Source: Hormiphora californensis
Lineage: Eukaryota; Animalia; Ctenophora
Assembly (NCBI GenBank): GCA_020137815.1
Contig: CM035361.1
Span: 744,001-808,000 of the forward strand
Direction: 5' to 3'
DNA length: 64,000 bases
The notes under the pieces are model-generated. The model did no database searches. It was given only the letters and a program-made list of their open reading frames with translations, and was not told the origin of the DNA. Shown here in pieces: positions 11,107 through 23,586 of this stretch; the stretch's first letter is position 1; each line of letters starts with the position of its first letter. Made by a program: the position numbers and the translations under genes.

Positions 11107-14100
11107 TACAGTAATATGCTCGGCTATTATAATTGCTCATTATATATTTTGAATGTAACACCGCACACACACACGTTCAATGAACAATCAACTCTCAGTA
11201 ATTATAAATCTGCTAGATTGAAAGGAAAAGAAACAAGAATTAGGAAAATAATTAGACTCAGATATAGAGTGAATCGTTCACCGTTTGGTCACAACAAGGC
11301 TCTAAACTAATAAGGTTGTGTTTTCGCATCACACGGCTCTAACGGGGCTCTACTAGCTAACTCAAAATAGTAGAAAGGTTAGAAAGAACAATTAGTATAC
11401 CTCATCTGTAGGGAGGTTACTGTTCCGTAACGGGAGCAAGAGATTTCGAAGCCCCACTGTAGGGGCATTAGCATCCCCAAAAACACACACAATAATGTGA
11501 TCTGAAACACAGTTTCAGTTAGAATCGTAGAAAATAAGGGACAATTGGTTATGGAAAATTATGAAGGATGTTCAAACCTATATCCGCTAACTATGTACTC
11601 CGCCGTGATACTCAGGGTTAAGTCTCACTGAGTAGAGCCTCGAACTGCACACTTACCAGTGAGCGTAGCAACATCTTCCTTCGTCATGGTAACATCTTCC
11701 AACGCACAGGGCTCTCTCCAATGGAAAGTACCACTACCATCCAGTGTTAACCTCTCATCCAACCTGTAGGTGCAATCGATATTATACACCCATATTAGGA
11801 GATATTGTATACACACATAATATGGAGATGCTGATATATACTCATATACGGAGATGCTGATATACCACTCACTTGGCACGTTCCTCCTGGCTGAGTTGTT
11901 TCCAGTGGGGCGTGTACTCTGCCACCTCTTTTGGCCTCCTTGGTGCAGCCACGGCAGTCGAGTGGTTGTTATTGTTGTTGTTATTCGCATTCGGCATACC
12001 TCCTGGATGAGAGAGAGAGAGAGATGTTACCATGGCAACAATATATACTGATGACATATATATACTGATGACATATTTAAACTATATGACGTCATAACAA
12101 TTGCACCACATTAAATCACGTGATGATGACGTCATAATTACCGTGATGACGTCATAATTACCGTAATGACGTCATAATTACCGTAATGGGTGTTCTTGTC
12201 ACAGTTACACTTGACAATATCAGCCTGGGTAGCGTACTCGTGACACTTGAAGCAGTAGTAGGCCGCACTGTTGGAGGGGGTGGGTGTGTGCTAGTGGGTT
12301 AATACATTTAATACAAGCTCCTAATCTACGTAAAACAGTTATTATAGGACCCCGATTTACCGGGATGCTCGGGGGAAATGGTTTTGCCCGCTACATTAGA
12401 GTCCGGTAAATCGGGGTCCGACTTTTACGGGATCTCTCATAAACAACGTTTCTTTAAATGTCCTAATTTATCGATCTTAGAACTATCTCATGCTCACAAT
12501 ACCTTTTCACTACGGTTGGGTTTTGAGCGATGAAAATTCCCTGGGTCCCGTGAGAGAATGTAAACACGTGGGGGCTTGGATTGAACAGGATACTGGAAGA
12601 TATTCTACGTGTTGGTATTAGTTGTCTATTTGCAAACAATAAATCAAGATTTGATATTCATCATAATGGTTTATGTCACAAAATGTGCTACTAAATCTGG
12701 GTCTGACTGCAGTAGTTTACGATCATTACCTATAAACATAAAAGTTATTATTTAACTTATTATACCCGCTTGATGAATTAGTTTCCACTCCAATCAACAA
12801 GATATGAAGTTTGATAAGACACAACTCCGCAACTTCCGGGAAGGTCATCCCCAGAAAATCACTTGATATTGGACCGGTATAAAGCTCGTTGCTTGCTCCA
12901 AATCCGTATTCATACTCCCAATTTGCACGGCCATCCTTCGCTTGAGTCTGATGGGGGAATCATATTAGCGAGATGATACATAACAATGTGATGTCAAAAT
13001 CAAAACTGTGCGTTGCAGTTCTACTAGGAGGATGTACAATTCATAGCTTGTTTGATATAAACATGATAATGTGTGCTGTGATGGGGGTTGATTACTTACA
13101 AAGTTGTTTGGATGGAAGGAGCTCATCATGATGAGATTAGCGATCATAGTGCTGAACCCAGGACACAAACAACTCTTTCCAAGTAGACCCAACTTCAACT
13201 GAAATATAATACATGGAAATATTGTGTTATACTAATTACATAGTAACTATCCACCGTCGATGCTTGTATAGACAATGTCAGTCATGTTCAATAACAAGGG
13301 GTCCAAAATCTTCAAATTACCGTATAAAACTAATTTAATTACCTAACTATCTAACTACTAAAACTCCACCCTCATTAATTACCTACTTACCTAAGTATCT
13401 AATTAATTACCTAATTATCTAATTAATTGCCTAATTATCTAATTAATTACCTCATTAATACAGATGACCTCATCGCCGTGTAACTGATGATTCCAATCAG
13501 GCACATTAAACAGGTGTTCCTCATTGTGATAATTTAAAATCTGAATTATAACCCGAACATCTGATTTATAGTTCTTCAAAGATATCACTCTGAAGAGAAG
13601 GGGTGTTTTGGTTTTTAGCTTTGTTTAATCAATTACATAATTATAATTATTAATTAAATTTAGTTCGGCTGGAATTTAAATTCTTGAAGTTGTCTAGTTT
13701 GTATTTGGCCCTCTTTTAGTTTTCACTCAGAATAGAGTTATCATTGGATCGTGGGGGAGAAGGGAACAATATAACCAACTTTCAGACAAACTGTGAAACT
13801 CACAAATCACACCCAATTTATAGGCCAAATCACACATAAATCACACACAAATCACACATAAATCACACACAAATTAGTGTGTGATTAGTAATCACACTTT
13901 TGTACCTGAGAATGTTAGCGGCGTCCTCTGCATCTGGCTCAGCGCTGTGTTTGTTTGCGATTACCAGGCATGCCTTGGCCGTCGTTAATTTTACCCGACT
14001 TAAATCGTTAGCACGCAACGGAGATCCCTGTGAGATATAATAATACTTTCTGCACGAACACAGTGTCAGGCGACTCAAGTGAGATAGAAGGTTGGATTTA

Positions 14101-17100
14101 GGCTTTAGCCGGGAGGGTTCAATTTCCTCATATTCTGATGATTCAGACAAATTAATTTCATTTCCCACCATTTCCCCAAACATCTCTACTTGACGAATGT
14201 CGGGCTTTCCCAATTTTAGTGCCCTAAAATCTTGGTACAAACCTAAAATCGATCACTCACCTGATAGTACTGGCATCGGTAAAAGTTTCGATGCATCAAG
14301 TTTTGCAGATCTTCCGGGGGTGGTATCCTGTAATGGAGGAAGGATAATAATAATAACAATAATAATATCAGCATTTGTATACACGCTCAGACCCTGTAGA
14401 ATACTAGAATCTAAAAAACCCTAGTAACACAGAGCATCAGAGCGGTTCACCTTATGATAGTATAGGTCTTTTTATATCTTTATGAAAAAGCTGCGGTGGC
14501 AGCAGCGTGAGACACGGTAGTAGGGAACTATGCAGCTTTATAACTTACGATGAACTAATGGAAAAAGGGAATCAGCATAGTAAGGATCCTTTTGGGGAAC
14601 ACACAAAATCCGACAAATTGCTGTTAGCATGGCAGAATTTACCGGCAAAGTAAGTAATTAGTAAAACTTACGTGTTAAGAAATACAGCGGTTGTTTCGTG
14701 ATCTTCATTTTCCGGATGAAGGAAATCCCTCATAAAGTTACTGACGGTACTGGTATTGATATACCCGCAAACCACCTGGAGGGAAAGATGTAATCTTTTC
14801 CGGGAAAAAAGGAAATTAAGATTTGTTGAACTCTTAAGAGTTGCAGCTCGATGGTAATATCAAGACGTTCCCGTGATTATAAATCTAACGCATTACTACA
14901 TAAAATCACGCGTGACATTGTGTAACAGCTATGTAAAGTTTAGAAACACCATATTAGGGAAACACCATATTCGGGCATACATACCACGTGACTACTTTTG
15001 CTGTCATCGTATTCCATCAAATAGGGAGGGTTCTTTTTAAACATCTCCACTAAGGCCGGACCGAAAGATGCAAACACCATCTGTATAGATGGTATGGGTG
15101 TTGTTATACATGTGTTGTTAGTGTACTAAGGTTTTAGCTGTAAAATATTCGCTGAGAGTTTTAGAGAAAAGTTGAAAAGAGAGCTCATGCACATTGAAAA
15201 CAAGAATTGGATCCAGTGATCATCATCATCAGAGATGAAAAAGTTTATGAAGGAGCAATATCATATGATCACTGGATCCACAAATACGACAAAACTGCGG
15301 TAACACTTAAAATCACACGCTGAGTATAACATCTAGCTCGGCCGACCCTTAAAATGGAGGAAAAATGGAGAGAGTTTCAACCTTTCACCAAAGGATCTTC
15401 ATTCGATGACTTTACTGAAATATTGTATTTACCAGAACCCCAAATCATGATCTTAAACACTGAAATTTCCGCTGAATGATGTTTCCGTGTAAGGGTCGAC
15501 CGAGTTTTGTGTTTTTTGTTGAAGCGGGCACCAGATCAGAACATGTTGAAGAGTGCGTAAATTGATAGATTTGGGGGATGCAAATACTCGAATTTTCGGA
15601 TCCCACACGTGACAACATATATGGTATGTGTTTATTATGTCCATATATGGTACATGTGTTTGTATAAACCCACAAGAAACAGCTATCTCTCTCGAGCTGG
15701 ATATGTTTAGCACCATATTTGGGCATATGTAACTCACCACTCCGAACGCAATGAGGAAGATGATAACGATTCGGGTGCTCATTACTTTGGGAGATATGTC
15801 ACCATACCCAATTGATGTCACCGTTACCTAGGTGATTATTCAGTGAACGATTCATCATTCAGTGACAACCTACACGATGAACTCGATTTAGGTGGACAGT
15901 TTTTGTTGGGTATACATTGTTTTGTAAAACCACCCATCAGAATCGTCTGATTTTTTCTTGCCTTTTGCGCCTGATCCCAGCCGGTAACCACCATTTCCTT
16001 TTAAATTTTCAAAGAGATACATCACACATGTAAAGTTCTTCTGGTGCCCGCTTCAAAGACACAATGCTGCACTGCTAGCCGGATGGGAATGATATATCAT
16101 TCTGACACTCACCAGACCTATTCCAATGAGAATGATAATAACAGCCTTGCTGTACGGTGTCTCTGGGTTTATGTCTCCGTACCCGATTGTCGATATTGTG
16201 ACCTATTGCAATATAATATGACCCGTTTAATATCTGTTCGAGAGCTCAGATATAGCCTAGAGCCATTCAGATATATACCCAGTTTTGTTAAATTACGCAT
16301 TTTCTTCAATCTGAGCTTTTGTACCCTCTAAACTAACCCAACAACGTTGCCCCATCCCCATCAACCCACAATTATCATTCCACCCCCGCCCCTCCCACCC
16401 CACCACACCCCACCCAACCTCACCCCTCCCACCCCACCACACCCCTCCCACCCCCGTATACCCCCTTTGGAACTCACAATGAGAAAATAAAGACACTGGA
16501 AAAAGTCGAGACTGCTGACCGGATCAGACATCTTAGCGACAATGTAGTATAGACCCGCTGCCGATAACCAGAAACTGACGAACTGGCATAACGTCCGAGA
16601 GAGGGTCAACATTTTACTGAGGGAGGGAGAAGGTCAACATTTTACTGAGGGAGGGGAGAAATAGGGTCAACATTTTACTGAGGGAGAGGGGGACAGCTTG
16701 ATAATCATTGAAAAACGTTAACTCGGAGATAAATTAATTGTTCATACTCATTTATGAGGTTAATGATAGTGTTCTCCGAACATAAGAGAATCTAATCAAG
16801 TCAAGATGAAATAGTATGGATCTGCATATATATCTTGTTTTAAAAATAGAGCTCGAAATGAGTCCTGTGGTCCGAAGTTCGAATGTTCAATTCTAATCAA
16901 CTCACTGTGAGGAGATAAGCTTCACTGCAGCCACGTCATCTCCAAAAGATAAAAGCTTTAACGCCCGGACAAACCGTAAACCTGGAAAAATTTGTTAAAT
17001 TGTTGCCCTATTTAAAAAAAGAAGAAAAATCTGAATTGTTGTCCGCTATATAATGCGTGACACACAGCTGACCCAAGATTTGCTAAATGTTTCTTTCTAC

Positions 17101-20100
17101 TTGAGTCGCAGCTGTGCCCGCGTGTATTATCAAGTACATGAATAACATTTCAACTCTTATCACTTACCTAACCAGGTTTTTCCGATTCCTATGGCAACTA
17201 TTGCTGGTGGAATGGTACAAAAATCAATAAGGGAACCAACCTCAACCCAAAAACACAGCTTATCTTTTGATACGATATACTGAAACATAAATCAGATGTA
17301 ATGATCCCCCATGCTGACCTGTATTACATGTATTGTAAAATTAAGAAAATAAAATAAGTTCGGTACATTTTGAAAATTGCTCAACAGCAAACTCGATCTC
17401 ATCTGTTAACTTTTATCAACAAACACATGAACTGAATATATCAAAACTCTTATAAAACTGAACTATCTGATCTCTCTTACCATGATAATGAATCTCCAGA
17501 GAAAAAATAAGTTGCAAATTAGCTCCGTAATAATAATGGCATCGGTGTACTCAACACACCTTTCCGTCTGGTAGAAGGTATTTGTAACAAACATTCCTGG
17601 GGGAAGGTATTTGTAACAAACATTCCTGGGGGGGAAGGTATTTGTAACAAACATTCCTGGGGGGAAGGTATTTGTAACAAACATTCCTGGGGGGAAGGTA
17701 TTTGTAACAAACATTCCTGAGAGAGATTGGGTGAGAGAGGGGAATTAAACAAACATTCCTGGGGGGAAGGGAGAAATTAAGAGGAAAATATTGGCCTACG
17801 CTGCAGTCCCCTATTATACCAGCCCTAGTATTAGTAAAAAAGCAGCCTGGCTGCACGTCGCGAAGCGTGGCTTTTTGAGCGAAAAGCCTGGTTTCCGAGC
17901 CCACCGAACTTTTGGGGTGGTTATTGACGGAGAAGCCTCGCTCAAAAAGCGAGGCTGCTTTTTTACTAGTGGCCGTCAAAAAAGTGTGTAGTGGTGGTCT
18001 GCAACGTATGCCAAAGGGAAATCATGCTTGATCTCCAGAGAAAGAAATTAAACAGTTTCTCCGGATAAGCTGGAATCATTTCCCTGTGGAGAGGGGAATC
18101 CTTGAAAGGATCGGGAGTGACAAGTGTCTCAAATATATGACGACTCCCAAACACAGACCTATTTATAGAAATAAGATTCATTATCACTAATATTACCTAT
18201 AGCAATTAGATTCATAATGATTGACATCCAAGTCATAGTCCGTCCTTTTTTAGTTTTCGGATAACTTATATCCTCTGCGAACTGCACCACCTTCCGTTGT
18301 ATGTTGTACACTCGTCGTAAAAATCTGGGAGACACAACAGCTCTGTCGGTTTGTTAGGTACGGGTTTTTTTCTTGTGCAAAGATGAGGTGGGAAGATAGT
18401 ATACGGAATCGAGAAGAATGGTTAGGTTTTTTCTTGTGCAGAAGATATTATAGGAAGTTGTTAGGTACGGGTTTTCATTTTCTTGTGCAGAAGAGGGTAG
18501 GAGCAGTTTGTTCAGTAAGGGGCCGGGACTCTCAACAAGGAGCAGTATATAATAGGGAAGTAATGAGAAGAATTGGGAATGTGTAAAGGAATATATTGGG
18601 ATCTCAAAAGACTACCTTGAATTGTGCTTCAAGGAGGGGAAGGATCAGAACGAATTTACTGTGTTTGTTCAAGGTCAAATGGGGTAACGAATAATCAAGA
18701 AGGTTAAATGATCAAAATTAGTTTGATGTTCACTTTGATTTACCAGGATCGATTTGGTGCTTTGATTGATTTGTTTTGATTTAGGAAGTATATAATTAGG
18801 ACATCAAGTGGAATCACTGATTCAATCAGAGAGAGAGACAGATGAATAATATATAATTGACAGTGATAACCTACATATAGGTAAAGTTAACTCTCATATT
18901 AAACGTTGGACCATCATGATCACTGCCATCAGAACTAAGTATTGATGGACGTAATGCTTTCCTTCGTCCACTGTGATAGAATTCGAGAGATAGAATTCGA
19001 GAGATAGAATTCGAGATATAGAATTCGGGAGATAGAATTCGGAAGATAGAATTTGGGGGGATTGAGATGTATTAGAAGAATAGAATTGAGATAGATAAGA
19101 AGAAGGAATGGCCTCTAGATAAATTTTGGGTAGTTTGTCAAATACCACACCTTGAATGTCTTTGATTTCCAATCAACATTCTGAGTAAATCGAAATGGAA
19201 ACATTGGATCGGTTCAGCTCAAAGAGAACTGAAAGCAAAGCTGTGGCCTGCACAACTGCTATGAAACGATTAAGTTCCACCATGGAGGTGAAATTAAACT
19301 TTTGATGAAAAAGCAAACACATTTAACGAAGTTCACGTTTGTGTCTAACCATCATCAACGCCGAAATAGGGAACAACGTGATGAAGGTCAGAGCCTAGTT
19401 CACGCGGTGTTTATTTCGAGGTGTCTGTAGCAGTAAAGTACGGTACCTGATACAGCTAAAATTAATTTCTTCCTGCTCATAATCTCTTCTTCTTCTCCGT
19501 TGTCGCTGCTTGTTCCACTGTATCAGTTGCACTGTTGAGAAGAGAGAGAGGGGACGATTATTATGGAAGTATCAGCTGTCCAGCTACCTTGTCGCATATA
19601 AGACCGTCCTCTTCGCACCGGGCGAGGCAGGGAGGGATCCTCATTTTTCTAGAGGGTTTCGGCAGGGGGAGGGTGGGGTTGGGGAGGGTGGGGGTTTGTT
19701 GTACACTTACAGGTGAGACGCCAGCTCATGATGACCATAAGACCCCCGATAAAGGGGACCACGGATGAAATTATAAAAATTATCCATGTCCCCTCTGGCT
19801 GGCAGGTCGCTCCGCTCTTAGTCAGGAAACCGCCTGAGTACAGGTGTTATTAGTTGGGATCGGAATGGATTGAGGAAATGGTAAAAGGTTTCATCAAAAT
19901 AAAGACTACAAAGCTGATCTGGGACAAGTCGAAAGAAGTATGAAGGGGAAATCAAATTTTCAATAAATGAGAGTTTGGAAATTGGGAACTCCAACAAATT
20001 GCAATTGGTGAATTGGGGTTTTGGTTAATAGGATACGAGTAAATGGGGGTGAACACTCCAGTGAATTTTAGAGGCTCCGACTTGTTGGTATGCTACACTT

Positions 20101-20124
20101 GGTTTGTAGGGCTTACTTACCCAT
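386..20124 (-). CDS. KCNMA1: Slo/BK (KCNMA1-family) potassium channel alpha subunit, multi-exon, divergent; 3' end probably beyond the window start
   Basis: In-phase GT-AG exons on the minus strand: 20121-20124 (ATGG), 19711-19833 (S0: TWIIFIISSVVPFIGGLMVIMSWR), 19447-19531, 18197-18324, 17481-17596, 17168-17279 (DKLCFWVEVGSLIDFCTIPP), 16906-16981 (S4: GLRFVRALKL), 16478-16616, 15738-15827 (pore: VTVTSIGYGDISP), 14985-15080, 14672-14775 (VVCGYINTSTVSNFMRDFLHP), 14261-14327, 13906-14027 (DAEDAANILR), 13451-13589 (RVISLKNY), 13100-13198, 12766-12947, 12503-12592, 12182-12267 (YCFKCH), 11873-12002, 11657-11763, 11401-11501, 9290-9379, 8956-9096, 7364-7475, 6918-7045, 5154-5250, 895-997 (CRIAQISL), 684-772 (YGELF..LGLYR), 386-480 (RYVTTAP). 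Colinear with S0-S6, RCK1 and RCK2 of Slo1. Confidence 0.93.
1314..1562. mobile_element. Two adjacent, oppositely oriented 109-bp hAT MITE copies (1314-1403, 1460-1562)
   Basis: Same sequence family as 28144-28252; both partly truncated. Confidence 0.85.
1900..1907 (+). promoter_or_regulatory. Candidate TATA box of the nested secreted-protein gene
   Basis: TATAAATA about 50 nt upstream of the ATG at 1951. Confidence 0.4.
1951..2673 (+). CDS. Nested antisense gene for a secreted uncharacterised protein, with a frameshift at a T7 run (possible pseudogene or assembly error)
   Basis: TATAAATA at 1900. Signal peptide MRMCLFFCACVFLLSWAPVSA. Exons 1951-2026, 2107-2253 and 2355-2673 with GT-AG in phase. 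Removing one T at 2434-2440 joins YNLDACTTNWTG to FLEEPDFSLIRVQTWSIIKT...IMFNEEDNASDKY. Confidence 0.6.
2989..4457. mobile_element. Fold-back non-autonomous DNA transposon, Chapaev/CMC-like
   Basis: About 700-bp near-perfect inverted arms, termini CACGG...CCGTG, 4-bp TSD CTAA. Confidence 0.85.
4530..4638 (+). mobile_element. 109-bp hAT MITE
   Basis: Family match; 8-bp TSD GTAGATTG. Confidence 0.88.
5476..5891 (-). CDS. Duplicate, alternative Ca-bowl-region exon (exon B) of the BK gene: mutually exclusive or alternative terminal exon
   Basis: A tttcag acceptor in the same phase as exon 6918-7045 gives VSDSNVQFMVSQTKEGYTQGSPPLQMSLPFSRGQAFIVSVLDSLLSL. There is a possible phase-0 donor at 5731 (GAA|gtaggg); otherwise it reads through to a stop at 5476. 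Confidence 0.65.
7975..8249 (-). mobile_element. tRNA-derived SINE
   Basis: Minus-strand head with A box TGGTGTAGTGG and B box GGTTCGATCC, a ~190-nt unrelated body, a (GCTTT)n tail and TSD ATGAACACCA. Confidence 0.8.
9418..10796. mobile_element. Non-autonomous DNA transposon, Kolobok-like
   Basis: TTAA on both sides, TIR AGGGATACTGACATATTCAAA, long imperfect subterminal inverted repeats, internal ~135-150 bp direct repeats x3 (10000-10405). Confidence 0.8.
17570..17770 (-). repeat. ~30-bp tandem repeat of a BK splice acceptor plus exon start
   Basis: (CCTTCCCCCCAG|GAATGTTTGTTACAAATA)n on the minus strand. Confidence 0.9.
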
Positions 20125-20619
20125 TCTGCTGGAGGGATGGACGGATCACATGACAGCTCTCACCGCGTGGGTCTCTCAATTACATATTGTGCTATAATAA
20201 CATGTGGTCATTAGAATTTAATTGATAAAGATTAGGAAACTATAAAGTAATTTTTAGATTTAGAAGAATATCTCTGTAAATTGAACTTGCAGAACCAACA
20301 ACAACAAGGATATCCACACTAATATTTCATGAATATTTAATGCGAGGATATGAGACAATCTAACATCCGCAACTCACAACACACATGACCACATCACAAA
20401 TTATGAGAGGATACAAAGGAAGCATAATTAAATGCAAATAAATTAAATACAACTTTGTTTCGTATTATAGGAGAGCAGTCCAAGCTAATTAGAAATGAGA
20501 TATCGGTAAGAACGCTTAGTCCGATATCGTGACCATGAAGATGGGAAATTAAACTGAGGCACCTGTGGAGAGAGATAGACACACAGACGTAAAACAGTAG
20601 TAATGCGAGAGAGATAGAC

Positions 20620-20763
<144 letters not shown>

Positions 20764-21472
20764 TGGTGGATAGTACGATGGACAGACGGCAGGAAACGAG
20801 CAGAATCTATTACACGCACAGGCCAAGTCAAGCCATCGCTGACAATAGCAATACATTATGGACAGACAGTGTAGAGAGAGCGAGCGAGCGAGGGAGATAG
20901 AGAGAAAGATAGATAGAGATAGGGAGAGAGAGAGAGGGGGAGGGAGAGCGGGTAGACATTATTATATAGAGACATACAGACTGATAGACATACAGACTGA
21001 TAGACACATGTAACAGAGCTGAGGAGGTGCGTGACAGAGAGATGCCGGAAAAGACGCCCAATGTTTTGTGACACATTTATCACGACAATAATTTGATCTG
21101 ATATGACAAGATTATCTGGGGTATTTATACTGAGAAAATAGAGACAGTTCTAATATGATATGCCTGGATAAAAAGTCTAACGAAATGTGAAATGGAGACG
21201 AATTCCAGATGTTAATTTGTAGTACAAATTTTGTACTGATGCTACTGCTGGGGAGTTTGTACGTTACCTGAGACGGTCCGCACAAGACAGCCAGGACGAT
21301 GGCAGCAAGAAAAGGAAAGCTGAACGGGAAAACAGTTGTGAAAAGATGAGTTGTTTGCGGAGTGGAAAGGCATGCAGCTGAAGGGAGCAAATGCTCAATG
21401 ACCGGGAGAGATTGCCATTCGGAGAGAGACACAATGGATTGGTAGTTGAGAGATAGGGAGATATGGAGAGAG

Positions 21473-21640
<168 letters not shown>

Positions 21641-21777
21641 TGGCAAAGGGAGAGAGGAATAGCGAGAGATCAGGGAGACAGAGAAAGGAAACAAAGACAG
21701 GATTAATAAGCCAAATTGTGTATACACGCACACTGTCACATCAGGTGCATGCCGTATAGATGAACGTTGGTCGCTAA

Positions 21778-21998
<221 letters not shown>

Positions 21999-22147
21999 TA
22001 GACAGGTTTCTATCGACAAGGAATTCAGAATTATCAAATGAACAATGGAGAATAAATAGGGTAAACACATTTAGAACAGTAGAACACCATCCAGTGGGTT
22101 TCATCATAACAACTGAACAATAAAACAAACATAAATTGAGCACATGC

Positions 22148-22352
22148 CACATAGCGGGAAAACAGTCGTGCCTGAACTTCAGGTTCAGGCCACAGCTATT
22201 TTCCACTGACACCTGAGATCTCAGGTTTTAGTGACGGCCCCTGAGATTTAAGGGAATGGCCGTCACGTCACTGAAACCTGAGATCTCAGGTCTCAGTGGA
22301 AAATAGCCATGGCCTGAACCTGAGGTTCAGGCACGACCTTTCCCCCAGTGTG
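22148..22352. mobile_element. Palindromic MITE (degenerate copy at 6404-6535)
   Basis: CACA...TGTG ends; arms GTCGTGCCTGAAC(C/T)TCAGGTTCAGGCCA..GCTATTTTCCACTGA. Confidence 0.65.
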
Positions 22353-23033
22353 TTAGTAAAACCGAAAGGGCAACGTTATTATAAGTACCAAAAAGTTGAA
22401 TCTTTGAAACATATCAAGGAGCCAGGATAACCTCTGCTTTAGATATAATAGAGAGCATGAGAGATCCATATCTAGTGGACGAATGGCATGGGGGAGAATG
22501 TTACATGTGTTTATCCTTCAAATATCTTTCCAAAGTCCAAACTGGGATTTAAAGTGTATTCCTAGCTTCACTAGATTTTCAATGAAACTACCAAAATCTA
22601 ATGAAAATAAAAAACAGGAAAAAATTGAGCTCCATGATGGGTCTCGTGTTGGCAACGTGTAGCTGTGTGTCTATTAACCTGCTCTCCATTTCTCGAGAAC
22701 GAGCTCTCTCCCTCTGTCTCTCTTGTAGACTATTAGACTCTGGAAAAAGAAGGTGAGGAGAGAGACAGGGGAAGAGCTACAGAAGGAGATATAGAAGGAG
22801 GGAACGAGAGAGAAGGAGAGAGAGAGATAGAGAGAGAAACATAGAGATAGAGAGATGGAGATGGAGATAGAGATAGAGGGAGAGAAAGAGACAGAGAAGG
22901 GGAGAATGAGAGTGAGAGCACGAGTAAAAGATGCCAGAGAAAAATAAGGTATATAGATAAACTGCAGGCCAGGTGAGAGAGAAAAACAAGAAAGATAGTA
23001 GTAAAAAGATAGGGAGCGAGTAGGGCAGGGACT

Positions 23034-23134
<101 letters not shown>

Positions 23135-23259
23135 TGGAGAGATAGAGAGGGAGAGAGAGAGCTCTCCCTGGATACGACGAGGGAAGGATAGAGAGCTTGT
23201 ATATAGGCACACATTAGAGACAGATCATGGTGGACCTACACACACACACCAGAGGCGCA

Positions 23260-23334
<75 letters not shown>

Positions 23335-23586
23335 TGAGAGATAGAGGGAGAGAGTGTGTCTTATATATGCGTACATGTGTATGTGCTCTCCCTCCTCTAA
23401 GCGCTCCATCACGAAGGGGAAGGACAGGCACATGGCAGCGAATATTTCCTCTTCGCTGGGTACATCATCATGAATTGCCAAGGGACAGTTCGCAATTCCT
23501 CGAGTGAGATGGGAAGAGAGGGACAGTGCAAAATTCCTCGAGTGACAAGAGATCAAGGTTTCGGTCTTGCATGACCGACAGCTCGT

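Noticed and set aside
15453-15821. ORF track lists the TSIGYGD-containing ORF on the + strand
   Set aside because: The codons are on the minus strand (exon 15738-15827); the rest is intron read-through.
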